Made by a program: the position numbers and the translations under genes. A stretch of DNA of 63,462 bases, filler included, from Anaerolineae bacterium (lineage in GTDB: Bacteria > Chloroflexota > Anaerolineae > Epilineales > Epilineaceae), in NCBI GenBank assembly GCA_029262755.1. It is 6 parts of 6 records of this genome, joined end to end, with 100 filler letters (N's around TTAATTAATTAA, not from the genome) between each part and the next. Parts side by side here need not be neighbours in the genome. Positions count along the whole stretch, not along the records: positions 31,759 to 56,064 come from JAJCYU010000110.1; 5 more parts are not named here. One strand, given 5' to 3'. Under the pieces are notes generated by a model, which was given only the letters and a program-made list of their open reading frames with translations, had not been told where the DNA came from and did no database searches. Within the stretch, counting starts at the first letter, position 1, and each line of letters starts with the position of its first letter. Positions 41,882 to 50,058 of the stretch are shown piece by piece.

Positions 41882-42826
41882 GTGAAGCTGCTTATCGGAT
41901 ACGACGGTTCCGCGGGAGCCGATCTGGCGATTGACGACCTCGGCCGCGCGGGCTTGCCGGCCGATGTCGAGGCCGAGGTGCTCTGCGCGGCCGATGTGCT
42001 CATGCCGTTGGCCGACGCAGACGACACAGACCTGCCGCCCCTTGTGGCGGTGGCCGTTGCCGAAGCGCGTGACGCGATGGCCGATGCGCTAGCCATCGCG
42101 CAGCGCGGCGCCGAAAGGCTGGCCGAACGGTTTCCCACGTGGACGATCATGCCAACGGTCGCGAGCGATTCCCCTGCATGGGCGGTACTCAAGCGTGCGG
42201 ACGAGTGGCCCGCTGACTTGATCTCGGTCGGCGCCCGCGGCATGGGCGGCCTGCAGCGCCTGTTGCTGGGCAGCGTTTCCGGCACGATCGTGACGGAGGC
42301 CACCGGCGACGTGCGCGTTGCACGGGAAGGCGCCGTGCCCGAAGCTCGCGATGATGCCGCAACGCGCCCCGTGCGGATCGTCGTCGGCGTGGACGGCTCG
42401 CCCTTCGCGGATCGCGCCATCGACGCGGTTGCAGCCCGATCGTGGCCGCCGGGCTCATCGGCGCGCGTCGTCGCGGTCGTCGACGCGAAGCTGGCCGGCG
42501 CGCTCACCGCCGGCATCGAGGCCGCGCTCCGCTGGGCGGATATCGTCGGCGCGGACGACGCGGAGGCCGCCACGGACGGCACGGCGTGGATCCGCGCCAT
42601 GGCCGACGCATCGGCGGATCGTCTGCGCGAGTCCGGCCTCGACGCGGAGGCCGTGGTGTTGCACGGCGACCCGAAGGCCGTCTTGGTCGCGGACGCCGGT
42701 GCGTTCAACGCCCACGTGGTCTTCGTCGGCGCCCGCGGCCTGAGCCGCGTCGAGCGCGTGCTGCTGGGCGGTTTGTCGCGTGCGGTGGTCGCGCGAGCGC
42801 CGTGTACGGTCGAGGTCGTAAGGTAG
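41882..42826 (+). CDS. Tandem universal stress protein
   Basis: LLIGYDGS...VGARG...LLLGSVS, then IVVGVDGS...VGARG...LLGGLS...CTVEVVR. Confidence 0.93.
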   Translation: MKLLIGYDGSAGADLAIDDLGRAGLPADVEAEVLCAADVLMPLADADDTDLPPLVAVAVAEARDAMADALAIAQRGAERLAERFPTWTIMPTVASDSPAWAVLKRADEWPADLISVGARGMGGLQRLLLGSVSGTIVTEATGDVRVAREGAVPEARDDAATRPVRIVVGVDGSPFADRAIDAVAARSWPPGSSARVVAVVDAKLAGALTAGIEAALRWADIVGADDAEAATDGTAWIRAMADASADRLRESGLDAEAVVLHGDPKAVLVADAGAFNAHVVFVGARGLSRVERVLLGGLSRAVVARAPCTVEVVR

Positions 42827-42953
42827 GGCTGGGGGCGAGGGTGTGATTGGTGCGCCGACGTGCATTGCGTTGAGCGACCAACGCGCGTGGCAGCATGCGA
42901 TCAACTAGGGCAAGACGGCTTCGACGCGAATCGCGGCTGTCCGACGGCCCTGA

Positions 42954-44882
42954 TCAGCCTCCGCCATCGACGCGCTCTCCCCCGACGTCGCGCCTGCCTT
43001 CCACCTCGAACCCGTCCGCGCCGAGCCAGGGCAGGACGAACATCGAGAGCATACGGCCCCAGTGGTAGCCTTCGTTGTGGCTGACATAAGGCGCGACGCC
43101 GCACTCTGCGGAGCGCGGCTCGGGCGGATTGCGACCGTACTCATCAGCCACGCGGCTCATGCGCCGCTCCCAGCGCCGTCCGGTCTCGATATCGCCACGC
43201 GCGGCCGCGATGCGCACCATCGGCCATCCGGCGGCGAGCAGATCCAGACCTCCGGGATGTCCGATCTCGGACACGTAGCGGGGCTCGCCGCCCGCCCGCC
43301 CGTCGTAGTGCACGTAGTGACGGCCGGTCCAGATCTGGGCGCAATCGGTCGTCCACAGGGGGAGCCCCGCGACGGAAAAGCCGAGGCCGGCACCCGGGGT
43401 CCAGTCGATGAGGAACGTGCCATCCGGCGCGTGCAGGGTTGCCTCGGCGCTGGCGACCATGTCTCGCCAATGCGCGTCGTCCTCGACCAACGTTGCCCAC
43501 GGCTGCTGTCCGCCCTCCGGTGAGGCGAGGAGCGCGGAGCCGAGGTAGAGCCCCACCCAACCCAGGTACGGAACGGCTGGCACATCGTCCGTATGGTTCT
43601 CGATCCAGCCGGGTGTCTGGCCGTAGGCGCCACCCTCGGCCTCCTGGTTCAGTGTTCGAGTCGTCGTCCCATGCCGGGCATCGAAGCGGCCGGATGTCCA
43701 TGCGTGGTTCACCCAATGCCGCCCGGCCGCGGCCAGCTCCTCCGCCAGGTCGGGCGCGAGCAGGCCACCTGCGAATCGTTCGGCCAGCAGGGCGCCCGCG
43801 CCCATCCACAGCACCTCCTCGGCCGGCGTGTTGCCCTTGTCGGCGTCCCACGTGAACGTGAAGGCGCGCGTCGGCGCCACCGGCACGGCGCCAAGCCGCC
43901 CGATGATCGGCGATGCGAGCGCGGGTCCAACCTCTGCGGCCGTCGCGGTGACGAGCTCGACGCCGTGGCTCGGGTGACGCCCGCTGCCGTCCCACGCCGC
44001 AAGCCAGCCGAGGGCCGCGATGGCCGAGACCTCCGCGCCGCGCTCGATGGCGCCGGACGCCGCGTCGCGTAGCTCGCGATCGGCTTCGGAGCCGCCAACC
44101 TCGCCGGCTTCGAGCTCCTGCCGAAGGAGCTCGGACAGGACCACGGTCTCGACGATGCGCTGCGGGTTCTGCCAGACCGCCATGCGGGTATCGCGCAAAC
44201 CGCCTGCACTCGTGCCGTCCGGCGCAGCGACGAGCCTGCCGAAGGCCTCGACCGCCACCTCGAGGAAGGCGATTGCCCACGCGAGATGCTCACGGCGCGG
44301 CATCGCCATGAGCGGCTCCTCGTCCGGATCCGCCCGCAACCGGCGAGCCGCGGCTGCATGCATGACGCCAAGGTACTCCGGCACCCACACGTCGCAACCA
44401 CGCGAGTGGGAATCGCCCTCGTAGTGTTGGTTGAAGGCCGGGAAGTCGTGGCAGGAGGCATCGACGGACTGCTGGGCAGCCGCTTTCGAAGGCCCGGCTG
44501 CGTAGCCTGGAAAGAGCGCGCTGGGAGGATGGGTACGGGTGAACGCAACGACGGAACGCCACAGATCGTCCGATAGGCCGGTCAGCGACGGTGTCCGCGG
44601 CGCGAGGAGGATGGGTAGATGGATTGGTACGGCGGACTCCGCGGCGTGTGCGCGGTTGAGTGCGTAGCGGGGGCTTGTCGGAGATCGAAAACCAAGATCT
44701 GGGCCCGATTGGGAACCGCCCTCCGTCACGCGTAGCGGTTGGGTTGCCCGTTCGCGGTGGCCACTGACCAGCCCGTTGGACGGCCAAGGTGCCGAAGCGG
44801 GAGCGGCGAGAGCCAGTACAGTCGCGAAGGCCGCGACACGTGCGGATTGTGGGCACCGAAGGAGGTCGCGAAGAATAACCAT
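42954..44882 (-). CDS. Exported hypothetical protein, probably alpha-helical barrel
   Basis: 642-aa ORF with signal-like ATVLALAAPASA and a W/Y/H-rich body; opposite-strand ORFs look like shadows. Confidence 0.65.
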   Translation of the reverse strand: MVILRDLLRCPQSARVAAFATVLALAAPASAPWPSNGLVSGHRERATQPLRVTEGGSQSGPDLGFRSPTSPRYALNRAHAAESAVPIHLPILLAPRTPSLTGLSDDLWRSVVAFTRTHPPSALFPGYAAGPSKAAAQQSVDASCHDFPAFNQHYEGDSHSRGCDVWVPEYLGVMHAAAARRLRADPDEEPLMAMPRREHLAWAIAFLEVAVEAFGRLVAAPDGTSAGGLRDTRMAVWQNPQRIVETVVLSELLRQELEAGEVGGSEADRELRDAASGAIERGAEVSAIAALGWLAAWDGSGRHPSHGVELVTATAAEVGPALASPIIGRLGAVPVAPTRAFTFTWDADKGNTPAEEVLWMGAGALLAERFAGGLLAPDLAEELAAAGRHWVNHAWTSGRFDARHGTTTRTLNQEAEGGAYGQTPGWIENHTDDVPAVPYLGWVGLYLGSALLASPEGGQQPWATLVEDDAHWRDMVASAEATLHAPDGTFLIDWTPGAGLGFSVAGLPLWTTDCAQIWTGRHYVHYDGRAGGEPRYVSEIGHPGGLDLLAAGWPMVRIAAARGDIETGRRWERRMSRVADEYGRNPPEPRSAECGVAPYVSHNEGYHWGRMLSMFVLPWLGADGFEVEGRRDVGGERVDGGG

Positions 44883-45116
44883 GGTCCTTGGACGCCGGGG
44901 AGGGGGAGTACCTTGCAGGCCGATCCAGCGCGTAGCGCGGTGCCGGGCCGCGCAATGCGGTGGTCACTGGTTCTAGGACGCTCTCGCTGCGAATCGCCGC
45001 GATCGCAATCTGGTGCTCGTGCTCGACGACTGCGGGCAACTCGCGGCCCCGTAGCAGACAAAGCCAAAACGCCGCCGACGTACGGGTCAAGGACGGCCCA
45101 CAAATTCGGCAATCGG

Positions 45117-47795
45117 CTACCCCGCCCCCCCCTCCGCCTCCGCCAACGCCCGCAGCGCCTCCCGCACGAGCCCCGCGTGCTTCGCGTCATCGACGCCCCC
45201 CGCGCCCCCAATGTGCGCGCTCAGCCAGCGCGCCGCCTTCGCGACCACGCGCCGGCGGAGGCCCTTGCGGCGCGTATGTCCTAGCGCGATCAGCGATCGC
45301 AAGGCGGCCACGGTTTCCTCGACGTCGCCGTTCCACGATCCATCGGCGCGCTGGGTGCGGGCGAGATCGCCTGCGACGTCCGGCGTGCTTTGCGGGGACG
45401 TTGGCTGCTCGCTGTCGCGATGTGAACGCGTCGTCGCGGGTGAGGGAACGGGCGCCGAACGAGCTCGGGGAGCGCGCTTCGCCACGTCCGCAGAATAGGC
45501 GTCGACCGGAGGGGCGCTGTAGAGCCGCTGTTCGCCCATGGTGGGCAAAGCCGCGCGCAGGACCGTCCCCGCTTCCGCGATTCCCGACGCCCGAATGGTG
45601 CCGCCGCGGAAACTCTCGTCCCATCCGGCGGGCAGTTCAGCCGGTTGGACGATCTCAACGCGCGTGCCTGCTCTCGACGTCGATTCGATGACCGCAACGA
45701 AGGCCGTGAATCGACTCGCGATGCCGTGGCGCAGGGCAACGTCGCGGATTTCCGCCTCCGTTCGCTGGCGAGCCTCGGGATCGAGGGCCCAGCGATCTTC
45801 GAGGGCCGCGACCCGTTCGCGGGCCCACAGGGGGCCGATCGGAAAGCGCAGGCGGCGGCAGTCCGCGACGATGTCGCGGGGGCCATTCGGCGTATCGACC
45901 CGCACGGTGATCGATCCGCAGGACGCGTCGCGTCGCGAATGGAGTCCATCGTCGGCCGCTGCCGCACCCGAATCAGTCGGCGACTGTGCGTTTGCCGGAG
46001 CGCCGGCGAGCAGCACGCTGAGCGGTGCACCTGCGAACAGCGTCCCGTCGCGCCAACGCGCCGCTTCCAACGCGCCGCCGGCTATGCGGACACCCGTTGC
46101 CACCGGGCTGCCGAATCGGGCTTCCAGACGGGCGACGGCGGCTTCGATATCGTCGTGGGGAGTCAGAAGCTCGCAGGTGCCACCGCCGAGACGGGCGAGC
46201 CGTTGTAGTAGCTCCTCATTGACAGCCGTGTCTATGCCCATCGTGAATACGAGCGTGGTTGGTTGGGCCTTCGAAACCGAGCGAAGCAAGTCCGTCTGAT
46301 TCCACACTTGTCCGTCCGTGATCAGCAGAACCGTGCGGAGTCGGCCGGCGGGCGTTTCGCCGGCGAGGGCCGTGTGCATGGCGGGCAGCATCTCGGTTCC
46401 GCCGCGCGCGTCGATCGATGCCAGCCATGCCTCCGCGGCTGAGACCGAGTTGTCGGTGTAGTCATGGAAGCCGTCGCCAAAAGCCTCGAGTCGGTTGTCG
46501 AACGCGAGCAGCTGAAAGCGGTCGCCGGGTGCTAGACCGCGCAGAGCCGTGCGGAGCGCGAGTCGGGCCGCATCCATCTTGCGCCCGCTCATGGAGCCTG
46601 AGCGGTCGAGCACGAACACGGCGTCGCGCGGGAGGGAGGGGGCGTCGATATGCCGCGGCGGCTCGACATAAAGAAGTGTGTGGGAGCCATCCGTCCAGGC
46701 CCGGGCGGAGATTTCGGCCTCCGCTCCCGCAGTGTGCTCGATGGAATGAGTATCGGCAGCCGCGGCAGTCGCGGCCTCCGCGGAATCGTCGCCGGCTTCG
46801 AGGCTGCGGTGGCTCGGAGCGGCCGCCCCACTCGAAATCGAATCGCCTTCGATCCCCAGCACGAAGTCGCGATCCAGGGTCGCCGAGCTGCTTGGCGCGA
46901 CCCGCACATTGCCATCGGCCATGGTGACGCGCACGGCGTGCAAAGAGGACGCGACGGCACGCACGGGCCCGTCCACCGTGACCTCCAAGTCCAGCGGCGT
47001 ACCCCCCGCCAGCCGCAGCGGCGGCTGAAGCCGCGACGCGTCCGGGGCGCTGGCCGTGTTCGGCAGCACGCCCGGCCCATCGTGCCCGATGGGCTCCCCC
47101 GGCAGGTAGCGCGGAGCGATGACCGTTGGGAAGCGCCAGCGGCGCTCGCCGTCGCGCGTCTGCAGGCGTTCGAGCACCACGATCTCGACGCGGATCTCTT
47201 CGCCGGGTGGTAGGTTGGTCACGCGTAGGGTGTGCACGTCGGCGCGCTCCGCGGTCAGGAGGCCGGCCTGGTGGCCCTTGTCGCGGGCCTGCGCGAAGAC
47301 CTTCTCGGCCTCCTCGCGGCTGCGGCATTCGGCGCGCACCGTTACATCGCCCGCCGCGAGGCGCAGCTCGGTGACGGCGCCGTCGACCGGCAGCGGGAAG
47401 ATGTGCACCGCTTCGAGCAGAGTGCCGCTGTCAGCGGGGAAGGGGTTGGCGAAGACCTGGTGCACTTCGGTGCGACAGACATCGCCGGTGATATGAGCGC
47501 GCACACGCACGCTGCGCAGCGGGAGCGCGCGCTCCGCGCCATCGACGAGCGCGAGGAGGCCGCCCATGCCGCGGGTGTCCGGCGCGTCAGCGTCCGTCGC
47601 GATTGTTGGCACGATGGGGATCGGTGCCGGAATCGATCCGACGTCTTTAGATGGCGACGGCACGGTCTCCGTAGGCGACGACGTTCCGATCGACGTCGAA
47701 CCCTCGGTTGACGTCGACGACGGGACAGAGGCTGAATGCGGAGTCGCGGTCGGAGTGGAAGGCATAGCGGGAGAGGGGGACGTTGGCGTATTCAT
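45117..47795 (-). CDS. VIT + von Willebrand A domain protein
   Basis: VIT: LPLRSVRV...QVFANP...HIFPLP...VTNLPPGE; vWA MIDAS DRSGS, GGTEM, LITDG; GIASRFTAFVAV; C-terminal QRADGSW. Confidence 0.9.
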   Translation of the reverse strand: MNTPTSPSPAMPSTPTATPHSASVPSSTSTEGSTSIGTSSPTETVPSPSKDVGSIPAPIPIVPTIATDADAPDTRGMGGLLALVDGAERALPLRSVRVRAHITGDVCRTEVHQVFANPFPADSGTLLEAVHIFPLPVDGAVTELRLAAGDVTVRAECRSREEAEKVFAQARDKGHQAGLLTAERADVHTLRVTNLPPGEEIRVEIVVLERLQTRDGERRWRFPTVIAPRYLPGEPIGHDGPGVLPNTASAPDASRLQPPLRLAGGTPLDLEVTVDGPVRAVASSLHAVRVTMADGNVRVAPSSSATLDRDFVLGIEGDSISSGAAAPSHRSLEAGDDSAEAATAAAADTHSIEHTAGAEAEISARAWTDGSHTLLYVEPPRHIDAPSLPRDAVFVLDRSGSMSGRKMDAARLALRTALRGLAPGDRFQLLAFDNRLEAFGDGFHDYTDNSVSAAEAWLASIDARGGTEMLPAMHTALAGETPAGRLRTVLLITDGQVWNQTDLLRSVSKAQPTTLVFTMGIDTAVNEELLQRLARLGGGTCELLTPHDDIEAAVARLEARFGSPVATGVRIAGGALEAARWRDGTLFAGAPLSVLLAGAPANAQSPTDSGAAAADDGLHSRRDASCGSITVRVDTPNGPRDIVADCRRLRFPIGPLWARERVAALEDRWALDPEARQRTEAEIRDVALRHGIASRFTAFVAVIESTSRAGTRVEIVQPAELPAGWDESFRGGTIRASGIAEAGTVLRAALPTMGEQRLYSAPPVDAYSADVAKRAPRARSAPVPSPATTRSHRDSEQPTSPQSTPDVAGDLARTQRADGSWNGDVEETVAALRSLIALGHTRRKGLRRRVVAKAARWLSAHIGGAGGVDDAKHAGLVREALRALAEAEGGAG

Positions 47796-48757
47796 GCCAG
47801 TGGGCTCCGTGGGGGTTGCTGCGGCGCGGGATCGTCGGTTGGGCCGGTCGAGGGATCGACAGCGGGCGGGTCGGTATTGGTCGGTTCGTCATGACTATCG
47901 GTGTCGCCGTCGCCGTCGCCGTCGCCGTCACTGTCGCGGTTGCCGTCGCCATCCCCAACGCCTCCCGCCACCAGCGCGCGCCGCAGGCGCGCAGCGATGC
48001 GGTCGGCGGAGGTCGCGTCGAGTCCGGTGGCGGCAAGGTCGATGGTTAGGTGGATGCCGTCCGACAGGGCGAACGCAGCGAGGGCGGGGATCGAGTCGGG
48101 AGCGGGGTCCGAAGCTTCCTTCGCGGTCGCGGCATACATCTGCCCCGTTCGACCGCCGTCCGGGGACATCGGGCGCCCGCGGCCCGCGCGTGGCCTGGCG
48201 AAGCGCGCGGCGAGCTCGTTGCTCGAACCATGGGGCGCAGGGTCGTGCGAGACCGCCGGCGAGGAGAGATATCCGGTCGAATCGGTCGGGGATTCACGGA
48301 AGCGAGGTTCAGGCGGAGTCGGCTGCGACGGATCGGGCGAAGCGGCAAGCGAGGATATCGATGCCGTTCTCGCGAGCGGCGAACCCACCACATCGCCCAG
48401 GGATGGCCCGCGCACCGCGTCCTCGAGTTGCGCGGTGCTCACGCCCTGCAGCGCGGATTGCACCTGCGCGAGGCTCAAGCCCTGCGCCTGAAGCAGCTTG
48501 ACCGCGGCCGCCTGTAGGAGATGCCGGTAGCCGTACACCGCTTGGCGGCCGTCATAGCGCAGCGGGCGATCGACCAGACCCAGGGATTGGTAGTAACGAA
48601 TCGTCCTGGCGTCAGGCGCTGCCCGGACGCGGCCGTCCGCGGGAGGCTCGATGGCGCCGTGATCGCGGGCGAGGAAGGCGGCGAGTGTCGTTGCAAGTTC
48701 GGCCAACGAGAACTCGGTATCGCGCTTGGGCAAAGAGGCTTCGGGAGGAGTAGTCAT
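47792..48757 (-). CDS. MerR-family HTH regulator
   Basis: RTIRYYQSLGLVDRP...YGYRHLLQ...KLLQAQGLSLAQV; 4-nt overlap with the VIT gene. Confidence 0.88.
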   Translation of the reverse strand: MTTPPEASLPKRDTEFSLAELATTLAAFLARDHGAIEPPADGRVRAAPDARTIRYYQSLGLVDRPLRYDGRQAVYGYRHLLQAAAVKLLQAQGLSLAQVQSALQGVSTAQLEDAVRGPSLGDVVGSPLARTASISSLAASPDPSQPTPPEPRFRESPTDSTGYLSSPAVSHDPAPHGSSNELAARFARPRAGRGRPMSPDGGRTGQMYAATAKEASDPAPDSIPALAAFALSDGIHLTIDLAATGLDATSADRIAARLRRALVAGGVGDGDGNRDSDGDGDGDGDTDSHDEPTNTDPPAVDPSTGPTDDPAPQQPPRSPLA

Positions 48758-48763
48758 GTAATT

Positions 48764-48792
48764 AGTGTAACGTTGTCAGTAACTACTGTCAA
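48764..48792 (-). promoter_or_regulatory. Consensus sigma70 promoter for a leaderless merR-like transcript, with an internal dyad
   Basis: Minus strand reads TTGACA-17 bp-TACACT-6 nt-ATG; dyad CAGTA-GT-TACTG overlaps the -35 and spacer. Confidence 0.8.
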
Positions 48793-48883
48793 ATGGCATG
48801 CCCTGGCGGGCAATATGTAGTAGGTTCGTGGTAGGAGATGGAGTCTTGACAGTCTTGGGGCCTTGTTCGTGAACTCTATGGCG

Positions 48884-48919
48884 CGAAGACGGCCGACCTT
48901 GAGAGGCCGGCCGTCTTCG
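48884..48919. terminator. Hairpin downstream of the aquaporin gene
   Basis: CGAAGACGGCCGACCT-TGAG-AGGCCGGCCGTCTTCG, one mismatch; no clear U-tract. Confidence 0.55.
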
Positions 48920-48993
48920 TATCCCGTTTCGTGTCTCCATGCCCTCGACGACGCCGTTGGCTGTCGATGACCGACCCGAGGGCTACGCCTCCC

Positions 48994-49662
48994 TTAGGCG
49001 TCCTCGGCTCCGCCGAGCTGCGCATACAGCACCGCCGCCGATAGGCCGCCCAGCACCGGTCCGACGAAGTACAGCCAGATGTCCGCGAGGTTGCCGGTTG
49101 CCAGGGCCGGGCCCAGGGTGCGGGCCGGGTTGAGCGAGGCGCCGGTCAGGGGGCCGCCCATGAGGATGCATGCGACCAGGGTGAGGCCGATGGCGAGGCC
49201 GGCCAGGTTCTTGGCGCGACCGGCTGCCGCGGCGTGGAGGACGGTGTTGACCAAGAAGAAGGTCAGGATGGCTTCCAGCACGAGGCCCTTGGCCGGTGTT
49301 ACGCCGGCGGCCAACGTGGTGGCGCCGAGGCCCGCCGCGCCGGGGAAGGCCGTGGGGTCGACGCCGCTCAGGAGCCAGGCCAGGACGAACGCGGCGAGGG
49401 TGCCGCCCAGGAACTGTGCGATCCAATAGCCGATGGCCGTCTGCAGGTCGATGAACTTGGCCATCAGCATGCCGGCCGTAACCGCCGGGTTGATGTGCGC
49501 ACCGGAAAGGTGGCCGGCGGCATAGGCGAAGGCCACGACCGTCAAGCCGTGCGCAAAGGCTACGCCGACCAGACCACCGACGCCGCGCGCGCCTGCGCCG
49601 GCGCCGAGGAGGATCAGTGCGAAAGTGCCGATGAACTCGGCGGTTAGGGCTCGGGAATTCAT
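48994..49662 (-). CDS. MIP/aquaporin family channel
   Basis: AEFIGTF, SGAHINPAVT and GASLNPARTLGP (two NPA motifs). Start re-called at ATG 49662 (GAGGAG RBS). Confidence 0.95.
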   Translation of the reverse strand: MNSRALTAEFIGTFALILLGAGAGARGVGGLVGVAFAHGLTVVAFAYAAGHLSGAHINPAVTAGMLMAKFIDLQTAIGYWIAQFLGGTLAAFVLAWLLSGVDPTAFPGAAGLGATTLAAGVTPAKGLVLEAILTFFLVNTVLHAAAAGRAKNLAGLAIGLTLVACILMGGPLTGASLNPARTLGPALATGNLADIWLYFVGPVLGGLSAAVLYAQLGGAEDA

Positions 49663-50058
49663 GGGGGCAACGACTCCTCGGGGGCGTGTCCCCGCCTCGC
49701 GTTGAGATTTGATGCGAGGCGCGTGGGGGCAACAGGGCGGATCACCGACGGCTCGGGGCCGGCGGCGCGGCAGGATATCACGCGGTCCCAGGTTGCGGTA
49801 TCCAAACGCGCGTGATATTCGTCGGAGCAAGTGCACGCCACGCGTCCTAGTGCGCGACCCCGGCTGTCATACCAACGATCCGGCGGCGACGTACAGGCGG
49901 AACCCTCCGGAGACTTCCCTCGCCTGACCCTGATGTGGTGCCCCGACCACACCAGGCTCCCATTTCCATACCGCGTTTCGGGCCTTCCGAACCGCCTAGC
50001 CGGCACTCCCGCCTCATTCCTCCGCGGACGTGTCCGCCCATCCACTGGGAGCACCACG

